Below, in pieces: positions 1 to 11,133 of a stretch of DNA of 64,000 nucleotides; positions within the stretch are counted from its first letter, which is position 1; the number at the start of each line of letters is the position of its first letter. The stretch is taken from contig CAWENF010000018.1 of assembly GCA_963810275.1 (NCBI GenBank), positions 1 to 64,000 on the forward strand. The letters are read 5' to 3'. The notes beneath the pieces are model-generated. The model worked only from the letters and a program-made list of their open reading frames with translations, was not told the DNA's origin and did no database searches. A program made the translations under genes and the position numbers. This DNA comes from an uncultured archaeon. GTDB taxonomy: Archaea > Thermoproteota > Bathyarchaeia > Bathyarchaeales > Bathycorpusculaceae.

Positions 1-191
1 AGATATGCTTGTACGAAAGAATCTAATTCTATGAATGTCTATAGAGCCGTTGTTGACACAAGATAGTGCACATTAATAAGTGAAGACATATTGAGATATC
101 TAAAATTCCCAACACCCTAACAGGTATTCTAGGGACCTAGAAAAATGACTCAAGAAATAAAAAGGAAAACAAAATAGGATTTGATGTTTAT

Positions 192-3100
192 TTGGGCATT
201 AAAGCTAGCTTTTTGATTGCATGGCGCTCCTTGTCTAGAAGAAAAAGCAAAAATCTTAGCGCTATTTTAGCTGTAACTTTAGGTGTAACATTACTAGTAG
301 GTATCCAAATCACAACAGCTACCCTGGATAATGCGTTTTTGTCAAGTCTTTCTCAAAGTCAAGGTGAAGTAGACGTTAAAGTATCAAACGCTACTATGGG
401 TGGATACTTAAAAATTGAAGATCAAGCCTTGATGTCAGAACTGGCGCCCGAAGCAGCGGGAATAATGCCGGAACTTACAACTCAAATTCCAGGGTTGGTG
501 GAGAGTCAATTTGACGCTAAAATGAGTGCAGCTGGAGTACCCGTAGACTACCCATCGGTTTTCGGTAGTTTCTATGATTGGAAAACCGGAAATAAAATGG
601 ACATCGATAACCTTCTAAATAGCAATACAAGTATTTTGTTGTCGAGTAATCAGGCCGAGAAATTAGGGATCGATAAGAATAGTTCTTTTCCCGTTAAATT
701 AACAACTGAATTTACAAACCTTACTAAAATACTCACTCCCCCAACTGTTCCGTTAGTTAACTGGACTGTAAATGCAAACCTTACAAGTGCAGATTATGTG
801 CTAAACAGCAGTCTGGACAATCTGTCTTTGGAAGTAGAACCGATTAATTTCCAAGGCATGGTAATGATCTACACAACAGAATGCCCCAATCTGAACCTAA
901 CTGACTATTCATACGTTAATATAACAGCAACAGGTTCTCCAAATGCGGCAGTCATACTTGGTTTTCTTTTAGATGACGGCTCAACTATGACTGTGGCAAA
1001 CCTAACAGACCCAACAACCCTAAACACCTTATCCTATGATCTAGCAGACTATACAAACAGAACTCTAACCGGAACAAGCTTTTTGACAACCTTGAGTCTA
1101 AATGGAACTAACGCTAAACTCGACATAAGCGAGATAGCTTTTGAAACTTCCAATCAAACCGGCTCTCAACGTCTGCCGTTGGTGACATATTCCTCAAACA
1201 CATCAAGAGTTAATTTGCAAGTTGTAGGAGTATATGATTCTAATCGCCCCGGGATAGGTTCACAGTATTCGGGAGCGGTCTTTAGGTTAGAAGATCTTCA
1301 AAGCTGGCTCAGTTTAAAAGATAAAAACCAGCAGACAGACATAATCAGCGCTTTCTCGATCGCCTACAAAGGAGATCATTTTGTTAGGGAAATAGATGAA
1401 GACTTTCTGCAAGCCAAAGTTGATCATTTAAATGCCACAATCCCAAAAGATGTAAACCCTGACACGGGCGAGCCAGTTGATATCTATCAGATTAGCTCTG
1501 CTCGACTTAACTTCTTTGATTTGGCCTCATTTTTCATCACTCTTATGAGTACAATGCTTACGGCATTGGGCTTTCTCATCATGCTAACAGGTGTGCTGCT
1601 GATTACCAATATCCAGCTGATGAGTGTCGAGGATAGAGAATTCCAAACAGGAGTTATGCGTGCTGTTGGTGATAATCGCAGAGGAATTTTCTACTCTATA
1701 ATGATTGAAAACCTATTCCAAGGAGTAATTGGTGGCTTTTTGGGACTTTTGGGTGGATTGGCTTTTGGGCAAGCCGTAGCTGCCTACCTCGTAGGCTTAT
1801 TTGGCACAGGTCAACTTAGTGTCCAGCCAATTGTATCGGAGACAACAATCATTCTATCAGTCACAATAGGTGTGGTTCTAAGTATCGTTACTGGGATTCT
1901 TCCAGCCCTAAGAGCCTCGCAAGTCAATATAGTGGAGGCTCTGAGAGGGATACAAGTCAAGTTCAAGTCCAAATCAAGCAGAAACCTAGCAGCGTTAGGT
2001 GTTTTGATGTCTGCATTTGGCATCTTTGTTTTGTTATTTAACGGAAATATTGACCAGGAAACACAAGTTATCTGGAGCTTCCAAGGATGGGACAGCTTAG
2101 ACGAGTGGAGAAACCTGTTGATAGGTTTTGGCTTTCTAACAGGCGGCTTAGGCTTTATCTTGTCACGCTTTATCGATCGCGTTAAAGCCTTTAACATTGC
2201 GGCAATTACGCTTTGGGCGTTCCCCTCATTTCTGTTTATTTACGCTATGGGTAATTGGGTAAAAGGAATCTCAGGTTTATCTATTGATATCTTGATTTTG
2301 GGTATCATCGAAATAATAATTGGCTCTATCCTATTTGTAGCCCTCAATTTGCCTATCCTGATGCGTGGCCTAAGAACAATACTAATTAAGATGCGAGGTG
2401 CGAAAGGTGTTGGCCAATTCTCCCCTGCCCTCATATCCTCGCACATCACCCGCTCAACTTTGACCTTTGCAATATTCGCGATCATTCTAACCCTAAACGT
2501 TTTAGTCGCTGCGCTTATCCCGACCAGTTTAGGAACTGCAACTCAGATTGAGCAAGATTCCAACGGGGTTGACTTCACGGTCTTTTTGAGCAAACCAGAG
2601 GCAATAATCCCGGGAACAAACTATACTCAAGAACTCTACAAGATAGATGATCGAATAACTGATGTAATTGGGTTTAAGACTTACAAACCTGGTACGGATT
2701 TTACAAAGTTTGTAGCCCTTACAGATCCAAAGTCTGACGAGTTTGATTATAAAACGGATTTGGTTCCAATAGGGTTAGGTGAGTTTAAGCCAGAGCAAAT
2801 TCGAGGAAACGCATCAAGCTACTTAGATAGCAACTGGCGCTATCCAGCCTATATCTCAACCTTCCCCGATGGAGTTCGGGAATTTGTAGTTGATGATATG
2901 TCAGATAGCCTAACGCAGGAATTGTCCAAAAAGTCATGGGATCTACTCTTTAGCCCTGATTATGAGATGGCTGCATACAATGTCTCATCGAATCTGCTAT
3001 CTGCATTTTCTGGTGAAGGAGATCTTTCCAACTTGGACTTAGGAGAGGGTGGCTTTGGCGGAAATAGCGGAGATCCCTTAGCAGACGCCGAACCGTTAAC

Positions 3101-3998
3101 GAATAACACAACTAGCATAATCAAGCATCCCATTGTCTTCACTGACTCTTTCATATTGCCAGTTGGTCTGCAGATTTGGATACCTATGAATGACTCGTCA
3201 GAAATATTGCCTAACTACCAAGCATTCACAATCGGCGCTAGTCTTGATTCACAGAGAGGTGGCGGTTTTCCGCTGGGAGGAGGGCTAGGCTTTGGGTCGG
3301 GAGACCAAGATTTTAGCTCAATATTGGGCTCAGTTTATCTCTCTGGATATTGGACAAATCAAACAAATTATCTAGGAGAAGCAGACGGTGAAACCGAAAC
3401 TTCCAGAGCGCCTGATCAGTATGATGCATTTATGGTTAAAACTTCTCTTGCAGTAGATGATCCACAGCTAGAGGACATCGCCCAAAAGATCCAGGAATTC
3501 ACTAACACAAACAATCAAGGATACCGCCAACTTGCTGGAGATGACTTCTATGTTGCAAGCACCACCTTAACCTATGCAAGCATCGAAACTACATTGGAAA
3601 TGACTGATCGCATAGCTTCATTTCTGCAAATATATGTCACCTTCGGTCTGGTCATAGGTGCGGTGGGTATGGGCGTGATTTCGGTACGTAACGTTTCTGA
3701 GAGGAAACGCGAAATCGGAATGATGCGCGCTATAGGTTTTTCTAGAAGAGAAGTTGTGCTATCGGTTCTCTTTGAGCTCGTAGTTCTGGGCATAATTGGA
3801 TTAGCCATCGGCGTGGTTAACGGTTTGCTCATTAGCGTAGGGTTCGCTAACATGCAAGATGTCGCACTGGTGATTCCTTGGCAGGAAATCGGAATTTACC
3901 TCTCTATCATCGTGCTTATAGCTATAGGTTCAGGTTCAATACCTGCACTTGTGGCATCAAGAATTCCGCCAGCAGAAGCCTTGAGGTATGTCGGATGA
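192..3998 (+). CDS. Large FtsX/MacB-type ABC transporter permease with two permease modules and large extracytoplasmic domains
   Basis: N-terminal 'AWRSLSRRKSKNLSAILAVTLGV' TM start; two FtsX-like motifs (SVEDREFQTGVMRAVG; NVSERKREIGMMRAIG); C-terminal RASQVNIVEALR / ASRIPPAEALRY; TTG start. Confidence 0.9.
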   Translation: MGIKASFLIAWRSLSRRKSKNLSAILAVTLGVTLLVGIQITTATLDNAFLSSLSQSQGEVDVKVSNATMGGYLKIEDQALMSELAPEAAGIMPELTTQIPGLVESQFDAKMSAAGVPVDYPSVFGSFYDWKTGNKMDIDNLLNSNTSILLSSNQAEKLGIDKNSSFPVKLTTEFTNLTKILTPPTVPLVNWTVNANLTSADYVLNSSLDNLSLEVEPINFQGMVMIYTTECPNLNLTDYSYVNITATGSPNAAVILGFLLDDGSTMTVANLTDPTTLNTLSYDLADYTNRTLTGTSFLTTLSLNGTNAKLDISEIAFETSNQTGSQRLPLVTYSSNTSRVNLQVVGVYDSNRPGIGSQYSGAVFRLEDLQSWLSLKDKNQQTDIISAFSIAYKGDHFVREIDEDFLQAKVDHLNATIPKDVNPDTGEPVDIYQISSARLNFFDLASFFITLMSTMLTALGFLIMLTGVLLITNIQLMSVEDREFQTGVMRAVGDNRRGIFYSIMIENLFQGVIGGFLGLLGGLAFGQAVAAYLVGLFGTGQLSVQPIVSETTIILSVTIGVVLSIVTGILPALRASQVNIVEALRGIQVKFKSKSSRNLAALGVLMSAFGIFVLLFNGNIDQETQVIWSFQGWDSLDEWRNLLIGFGFLTGGLGFILSRFIDRVKAFNIAAITLWAFPSFLFIYAMGNWVKGISGLSIDILILGIIEIIIGSILFVALNLPILMRGLRTILIKMRGAKGVGQFSPALISSHITRSTLTFAIFAIILTLNVLVAALIPTSLGTATQIEQDSNGVDFTVFLSKPEAIIPGTNYTQELYKIDDRITDVIGFKTYKPGTDFTKFVALTDPKSDEFDYKTDLVPIGLGEFKPEQIRGNASSYLDSNWRYPAYISTFPDGVREFVVDDMSDSLTQELSKKSWDLLFSPDYEMAAYNVSSNLLSAFSGEGDLSNLDLGEGGFGGNSGDPLADAEPLTNNTTSIIKHPIVFTDSFILPVGLQIWIPMNDSSEILPNYQAFTIGASLDSQRGGGFPLGGGLGFGSGDQDFSSILGSVYLSGYWTNQTNYLGEADGETETSRAPDQYDAFMVKTSLAVDDPQLEDIAQKIQEFTNTNNQGYRQLAGDDFYVASTTLTYASIETTLEMTDRIASFLQIYVTFGLVIGAVGMGVISVRNVSERKREIGMMRAIGFSRREVVLSVLFELVVLGIIGLAIGVVNGLLISVGFANMQDVALVIPWQEIGIYLSIIVLIAIGSGSIPALVASRIPPAEALRYVG

Positions 3999-4726
3999 TA
4001 AATAACAAAACAAACCAACCCCAAGAAGAAATTCTCCAAATATCTAGCCTACATAAGCGATACAATGAAGGTAAATCAAATGAAGTTCATGCTCTTAGAG
4101 GAGTAGACTTAACGGTTAAAAAAGGCGATATGATGGCAATCATGGGTCCATCAGGCTGCGGAAAAACCACGCTTCTAAACATGATAGGCAACTTAGACCG
4201 CCGCTCTCAAGGGCAAATAGTAATCGATGGCGTAGACACCTCAAAGCTATCCGATGCTCAGAAAACAGCTTTTCGTAGAGACAAAATCGGGTTCATTTTC
4301 CAACTTTTTAATCTCTTCCCATTCTTGAGTGCAGTTGAAAACGTTGAAACTCCACTGCTATTGAGAGGTTTAAACTCTGGTTTAGCAAGAGAGCAAGCAA
4401 AAATGATTCTTCGCGAATTAGGAATGGGCGATCGTCTTTATCATTTGCCAAAAGAACTCTCAGGTGGACAACAACAAAGAGTTGCTATCGCTCGCGCATT
4501 GATCAATCAACCAGCCATCATCTTGGGCGATGAGCCCACAGGTGATCTAGACTCATCAACCAGTGCTGACGTCATGGATCTGTTCCGCCGAATCAACAGA
4601 GTCAACCGACAAACACTAATTTTGGTTACACACAACCGCTGGATCGCAGAGAAATGTGACTATATAGTTCACATGAGCGATGGCCAAATCTCAGGTCTAG
4701 AAAATAACCCAAATATGGAGTCCTAA
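3995..4726 (+). CDS. ABC transporter ATP-binding protein (LolD/MacB family)
   Basis: Walker A GPSGCGKT, signature LSGGQQQRV, Walker B ILGDEPTG, H-loop VTH; ATG at 3995 overlaps the permease stop (ATGA). Confidence 0.93.
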   Translation: MINNKTNQPQEEILQISSLHKRYNEGKSNEVHALRGVDLTVKKGDMMAIMGPSGCGKTTLLNMIGNLDRRSQGQIVIDGVDTSKLSDAQKTAFRRDKIGFIFQLFNLFPFLSAVENVETPLLLRGLNSGLAREQAKMILRELGMGDRLYHLPKELSGGQQQRVAIARALINQPAIILGDEPTGDLDSSTSADVMDLFRRINRVNRQTLILVTHNRWIAEKCDYIVHMSDGQISGLENNPNMES

Positions 4727-4728
4727 AG

Positions 4729-6549
4729 ATGAAAGCTTACTACTCTGCACTGATAGACAAATCAACCCCCCCAGAAAACGCTAAATTATCCAAAAAATTA
4801 GCCTCTATTTTGAAGAGAGATCTTAAAACTCGCAAATCAAAAATACAGCGCAAAGAATTCAACACCTTCATATTTCTATCAGCGGAAAAGCAGTTTCAAA
4901 AAACACTTGATACTAAGATCCTTGAGGAAACACAAAAAAAGCTGCAAAAACAGCTGGAAAAATATTATCTAAAAAACCGATCAAAGCTTGAAAAAAAACT
5001 CAAAAACAGTCGAGAATTAAAGGAGACCTCGCATATAGTTGGGGCTTTTCTTAGGGAGATAGATCCTAAGATCCAAAAAGTATTCAATATTGAACTCAAA
5101 AAGCATCTCTCAGAGTTGCCAACAAAATTCTACGATATCCAAAATAATAGTCTCACTGCTATTTGGGACTTAACTGAAGAGAATACAGGTCTATTGTATA
5201 TTTCAGCTTGCCCCGATCAATCCTTCAAGCTTCCGCAAATACAGCCGCAAACAGATTTGGAGGCAATGGTTGATAAAATAGAGATTCTCAATTTCTTCTC
5301 AACATTTATGGATCCAACTCTAAAACGCCTTGAGGATATGAATGGTGTTTTGGAGAGGTTAAAGTCTGGTCTTGAAGGAACTCATTTCAAGAGCAGCGAG
5401 AACGAAACTCAAAATAAGCTTGAGATGTTTTTGCGTATTTTGTCAGCTAAACTTAGCGCTCTTCAAAACCTAGATAAAACCATTCTGTCAATTTTTAAGT
5501 TATTCAATCAAATAGACGACTACTTTAGCCAAACAAAAGTCATAGAACCCAATTCTCCTTGCCAGAGAGTCTTCGAAGAAGTAACACAGAAAATAGAAAA
5601 AGGCAAAGTTCTTGTGACTGAGGTTCAAGAAAAACTTGAAGTGTGCCTAATTGATTTGAAAGATTATTTGGATGAAACAAAAAATGGCGTGAAAACCATT
5701 ACCTCCAAAGAAGAGTTCAAACTTTCTCTACTGAACATTGCTGAGTTGAGTTCGGATTTGTTTATCGAAGCTGAGCTGTCAAAGCTTTGGATTGACTTTT
5801 TTAGTTCAGACATTCCGTTTTTTGCTTTCCAGTCCACTCTTTTTAATATAAAAACTCCGCAGCTCTCAGATGCCTCTGCTGAAAGCATAATCTCCGTTAG
5901 AGGCTTAGTTAAAAACTACACTTTAGGACAAACAACTGTGTACGCGCTTCGAGGCGTAGACATTGATGTAAAAGAGGGTGAGTTTGTAGCTATAATGGGT
6001 AATTCTGGGGCTGGAAAGACAACTTTGCTCAACTGCATGGCAGGGCTTGACGATCCAGATTATGGTGTTGTGTTTTTTAAAGGAAAAGATCTACACAGTT
6101 TAGATGACAAGGCAAAATCAAAGGCAAGATTACTAGACATGGGTTTTATCTTCCAAAACTATGCTTTGCTGCCTCATTTCAACGCCCGAGAGAATGTAGC
6201 GTTGCCAGCTGATATTGCAGGTTTCAGTAAAGATTTGAGAGCACGAATAGACGAGTTGCTAAAGGGTGTGAGCATTGATAAGCAGGCAAAGCAGTATCCT
6301 GCTCAACTTAGTGGTGGACAATTGCAGCGTGTCGCTATAGCGCGTGCTTTAACCAATCGCCCTAAAATCTTATTTGCAGATGAACCTACAGGAGATTTAG
6401 ACTCGCAGACAGGAAAACAAGTTATGGAATTGATCAAGAAATTCCACGAAGAAACTAAGACCTCAATAATAATCATTACCCACGAGCAAGAAATCGCGAA
6501 TTATGCACAGCGACAGATAAAAATAGAAGATGGCTTAATAGAAATATAA
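4729..6549 (+). CDS. LolD-type ABC ATPase fused to a ~380-aa K/E/L-rich helical N-terminal region
   Basis: C-terminal GNSGAGKT, LSGGQLQRV, FADEPTG, ITH; N-terminal region not recognised, coiled-coil-like. Confidence 0.85.
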   Translation: MKAYYSALIDKSTPPENAKLSKKLASILKRDLKTRKSKIQRKEFNTFIFLSAEKQFQKTLDTKILEETQKKLQKQLEKYYLKNRSKLEKKLKNSRELKETSHIVGAFLREIDPKIQKVFNIELKKHLSELPTKFYDIQNNSLTAIWDLTEENTGLLYISACPDQSFKLPQIQPQTDLEAMVDKIEILNFFSTFMDPTLKRLEDMNGVLERLKSGLEGTHFKSSENETQNKLEMFLRILSAKLSALQNLDKTILSIFKLFNQIDDYFSQTKVIEPNSPCQRVFEEVTQKIEKGKVLVTEVQEKLEVCLIDLKDYLDETKNGVKTITSKEEFKLSLLNIAELSSDLFIEAELSKLWIDFFSSDIPFFAFQSTLFNIKTPQLSDASAESIISVRGLVKNYTLGQTTVYALRGVDIDVKEGEFVAIMGNSGAGKTTLLNCMAGLDDPDYGVVFFKGKDLHSLDDKAKSKARLLDMGFIFQNYALLPHFNARENVALPADIAGFSKDLRARIDELLKGVSIDKQAKQYPAQLSGGQLQRVAIARALTNRPKILFADEPTGDLDSQTGKQVMELIKKFHEETKTSIIIITHEQEIANYAQRQIKIEDGLIEI

Positions 6550-7029
6550 AATTATTGGTTGAATCACCCTATTCACGACATCATATCTTGTAGAGATCAT
6601 AATTTATGTGATTAGCGCCCAAGACGATAGCAGCCTTGTCTTAGTAGACGACTAAAGAACGTATTCTCAAGAAACTCTATCACCGTCCGCAGGAGCATTT
6701 CGGAAAAGTACAGGTCATAGTTGTTAACAGGCAGTGGAGTAATGACATGTACAATTAGAAGCGTCGATTATAAACGGGTATTTTTTTGAGACTATATTTT
6801 AAGGGCTGCGTTATATATCAAAAATTAATAATACTACTAGAATAGCGGGAATAATATAGTGCCAAGATTTATTTTCAATAATTTTAAGTAAATCGTGCTG
6901 TTTGTTCCATCAGCCAGCATTTCCTGAGTACTTATGCGTAAAGTCTAGTTAAAGCCTTTTCAGACTCTTTTCAAGCGCCTCTCTTAATTCTCGTCTTTAT
7001 GTCTCTTAAAAAAAATAAAAATTAATTGA

Positions 7030-7353
7030 TTATTGGGTTTCTTTGAGTTTAGCAAAAAACGCCAGCGTCTGGCTCGGTAGTGTTACTGTTCGTGTTTCAA
7101 CATCGTTGAAAGTTACTTTCTCTAGGTTTTCCGGTTCTTGCTCAAACGCTTCAAAAGCCTCTGCAGAAGGCGTATCGTAGACTGCCCAAGATTTGTGTCC
7201 CCAGCGGTCAGTCCAGATTCCGATGACTTTAACGCCGTGTTTTGAGGCTAAAGAGTCGACCTTTTTAAACCATTCCTCCATGGTTAAGAGATTCTTTCGG
7301 TTTCCTATGGGACAACTTTCAGGTGAATGAGTGTAGACTTGTAGGATATGCAT
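7030..7353 (-). CDS. Small soluble protein, DUF3303/GYD-like
   Basis: 107-aa ORF with HSPESCP and GVKVIGIW...H...AVYD pattern; upstream GAGGAG SD. Confidence 0.6.
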   Translation of the reverse strand: MHILQVYTHSPESCPIGNRKNLLTMEEWFKKVDSLASKHGVKVIGIWTDRWGHKSWAVYDTPSAEAFEAFEQEPENLEKVTFNDVETRTVTLPSQTLAFFAKLKETQ

Positions 7354-7482
7354 GTTTGCTCCTCGTTTGTTGGTTGGTTACAAATCAGTTTTAAAACAAC
7401 TTTAAACATGTTTCGAATACCAAACAAAACATAGGATAGAAAAATTAAAAAATAGAAAGGTGGGCAAAAAAGGCCCAGATGT

Positions 7483-10228
7483 TTAGGCTTGTCTGCGTTT
7501 ACTGACCACGAACTTGCCAATCTCGATTGCAACAAAGATTATCGCTCCGTACAAGGCAGCTATACCCCAGTCAATCAGTTCCGGTGCGTGAACATCAAAG
7601 AGTACAGCTATACTTGGAATGTAGAGGATTATCAGTTGCAGCGCGAAGGATATGCCTATTGCAGCAATGAGGTACTTGTTTTTGAATGGACCGACTTTGA
7701 ACAGAGAGTATTTTAGCGAACGCATTGAGAGCGCGACTACAAGTTCCATTACTATCATGGCCGTTAGTAGTTGCGTGCGTGCTTCTAAGAGGTTTTCTGG
7801 GCTTGTCCAAGGTGCATGCATGAAGTAAGCTAATAGCAGCAGCACACTCATCAGGATGGGTGCGCCTATTAGGTATGCTTTGACATCTTTGCTGAATATG
7901 CTTTCGTTGGGTTTGCGTGGCTTACGCTCCATTAAGTCTGGGTCGCCTGGGTCAACGCCTAACGCTATGGCGGGTAGGCCATCAGTGACCAAGTTCATCC
8001 AAAGAAGCTGTACAGCAGTTAATGCAATTGCTGCTTCGCCAATATATTCAGTTGAACCTGGAGTTAATAAGCCGGCAAGGTACGGCACGCTAAGCACCGC
8101 CACAAGCATCACAATGATCTCCATTATGTTGCACTGCAACAGGAAGGTGAGGTACTTTTTGATGTTCTCAAATATTTCTCTGCCTTCCCGAACTGCTTTA
8201 ACTATGCTTGCAAAGTTGTCGTCAGCAAGAATCATGTCAGCGGCTTCTTTGGAGACTTCAGTACCGCTGATGCCCATAGCAACACCTATGTCACTCATCT
8301 TAAGTGCGGGTGCGTCGTTGACACCGTCGCCGGTCATAGCTACAACTTGCTCTTTTGCTTTCCAAGCCTTCACAATGCGAACTTTATGCTCAGGGGCGAC
8401 ACGAGCATAAATATGGATATTTTCGACGACGTTGACAAGTTGCTCGTCAGTCATGTTTTCGAGTTCTTGACCGGTAAGTACCTGTGTTTCGGCGCCTGCA
8501 TCATCAATGAGATTTAGTTCTTGGCCTACGGCGGTTGCGGTGAGTTTGTGGTCGCCTGTAATCATCACTACGCGGATACCTGCTTTTCGGCAGGTTGCTA
8601 TGGCGTCTTTTACTTCTGTTCGTGGAGGGTCGATCATGCTCATGATGCCCAAGAACACGAAGTCTTCCTCCATGTCCTCAGTGAATTCCACGTTATCAGG
8701 GATTTCTTTGTATGCCACCGCTAGGTTTCGTAGTGCCTGCAACGACAAAACTTCGGTCATCTTGAAGGTTTTGGTTTGGTGGTCTTTGGTGAATGTCTTC
8801 TCTTTGCCGTCTATTAGGATGCGGTTGCAACGTTCAATTACCATTTCAGGTGCGCCTTTTAGGTAAGCGACTTTTTTGCCTGTCTGCTTTGTGGATAGTG
8901 GTCATGCGTTTGCGTTCTGAAGAGAATGGCACTTCAAAGACGCGCGGAGCTTCTTCTTCGAGGTCTTCTTTGTTTAAGCCGGCTTTAGCTGCGGCTACAA
9001 CTAATGCGCCCTCTGTTGGGTCGCCTTTCACGATCCATTTTCCTGATTGAGTGTCTTGTTCGAGTCCAGAGTCGTTGCAGAGTGTGGCGGCTATTAGTAG
9101 GGTTTTGACGTTTTTGTCTGGTTCTACTTTGGCGCCGTCGACTTGGAATTCACCTTCTGGAGCGTAGCCGATGCCAGTTACTTTGAAGGTTTGGTTGTTA
9201 ACGTACATGTTGCGGACGGTCATTTCGCCTTTGGTCATGGTGCCTGTTTTGTCACTGCAGATAACGCTGGTGCTGCCCAAGGTTTCTACGGCGGGGAGGC
9301 GTTTGACGATGGCACTGACTTTTGCCATGCGATACATGCCGATTGCCAAGGCACCTGTGACGATGGCAGGCAGGGCTTCAGGTACAGCTGCAACAGCTAA
9401 GCTGACTGCCCAAAGAATCATTTCAAGAATTGGGCGGCCCTCAATGATACCTATGATACCGACGCTGGCTGCAACTGTTAGAGCTAAAATACCAATCCAT
9501 TTACCGACGCCCGCCAAACGTTTTTCAAGTGGGGTTTGCTCGGTGGGGGCGGATTGGACCATTTTGGCGATTTTGCCAAACTCTGTGGTCATGCCTGTGT
9601 CGGTTACGACTGCTTTGCCTCTGCCGTAAACCACAACTGTCCCAGTGTAGACCATGTTTTCACGGTCGTTTAGCTGAGTGTGTTCAGGAAGGGTTTCAGC
9701 TGATTTCTGAACAGGGCTAGATTCACCTGTCAGAGGAGCCTCATCGTCTTTCATGGTGAAAGCTTCCAGGAGTCTGCCGTCGGCAGGCACTTTGTCCCCT
9801 GCGTAGAGCACTAAAATATCGCCTGGCACCAACTCAGTTGCGGGAATCCGCACTTCTTTGCCGTCCCGCAAGACGCTAGCCGTTGGCGCCGTCATTTTCT
9901 TGAGGGCTTCCACGGCTTTTTCGCTACGGTATTCTTGGCTAAAACCAAGTGCAGCGCTGGCGATGACGATTATTAGTATGATGATAGCGTCTGTGACTTC
10001 GCCTACTGCTATTGATAGTCCTGTGGCGATGAGCAGGATAACCATGAGTATGTCGGTGAATTGGCCAATTAGTATTTTCAGGGGGGAAGTGCCTTTTTCT
10101 TTTTTGAGTTCGTTAGGTCCGTAGGTTTCTTGGCGTTGTTTAGCCTCTTGGTTGGTTAACCCTCTCTCTGTTGATTTTAGTTCTTCAAGTGTTGCTTCTG
10201 GTGTTTCACTATACCAAGTTTTAGTCAA
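7483..10228 (-). CDS. Cation-transporting P-type ATPase (type IIA, Ca2+-like), split by one frameshift near 8885
   Basis: TGES, PEAL, DKTGT, KGAPE (after the shift), DPPR, MITGD, TGDGVND, LWMNLVTD; ORFs 8846..10303 and 7483..8844 join; likely TTG start at 10228. Confidence 0.92.
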
Positions 10229-10448
10229 TACTTCCTTGCTCCCTGTAAACCTCAAATGTCTATAGTATTTAGGTTTTAATATGTTTCGATTACAAAATGA
10301 CAAAAGTAGAGTCTTTTACACGTTTTTTGGAAAAGTGAATAAATAAATCATAATATATTAAACAAAACAACAGCACACATTGCAACATTTTGAACTAACG
10401 CTAAATGATGATGAAACGTTTTTTAAACATCAAACACACAGAAAACCC

Positions 10449-10991
10449 TTAAAAATGGGCAACTTGACCCCGACGATAAGCCCTACTGTGCGCTAGCAGT
10501 GCAGCGCAACCAATGGCCAAAGCAGCCAAACTCAAAACAGTAAGCAACCATGCAAACACGCTGCCGTAACTCATTGTTTGAATCTTCCAGTCCCAAAGCT
10601 TTTCGTCCACCGCCTGAAGAGGCCAAGCCCCAACTACAATGTAGGAAAAACCAAACACTACTAAAAGCACCGCCGCATACTGGCTCTGTTCAGTTAAGCC
10701 ATGGCGCAAGTCGTAAATGCAGGAATAGTAAAGTAGACCAGCGCCAAAGAGCAGGGCAGGTAGACTGCTGACGAAGAAAAATGGGCTTATGAAGCTACGT
10801 GAGATCAGTGGCATGATGGCGGTTAATGGGAACTCGAATACGTCTTTGCCCCAATCCGTTGGCGTCCAGCCGCCCATAACTACGGAAGCTAAGAAGAATG
10901 CGCCGTAAGCTGCAAACACAGTGCCTAATGGCACCTTATGCTCGGAAACGTAGCGGACGATTCTGCTTAGGGATTTTTGGGTTTGAGTCAT
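10449..10991 (-). CDS. Hypothetical integral membrane protein (~4 TM)
   Basis: 180-aa ORF with several hydrophobic stretches. Confidence 0.65.
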   Translation of the reverse strand: MTQTQKSLSRIVRYVSEHKVPLGTVFAAYGAFFLASVVMGGWTPTDWGKDVFEFPLTAIMPLISRSFISPFFFVSSLPALLFGAGLLYYSCIYDLRHGLTEQSQYAAVLLVVFGFSYIVVGAWPLQAVDEKLWDWKIQTMSYGSVFAWLLTVLSLAALAIGCAALLAHSRAYRRGQVAHF

Positions 10992-11133
10992 ATGCAGCGT
11001 GCCTTAAGGGGAATCTACGGCTGCATCGGCATATATTGTTTTTCAGTTCCAGCCTTTATTCATGCGGAGTCAGGTTTGAAAGAAAGGTTCTAAAGCTTTG
11101 ACTACCCATTAGCTTTTGGTTTTAGGTGACCAA

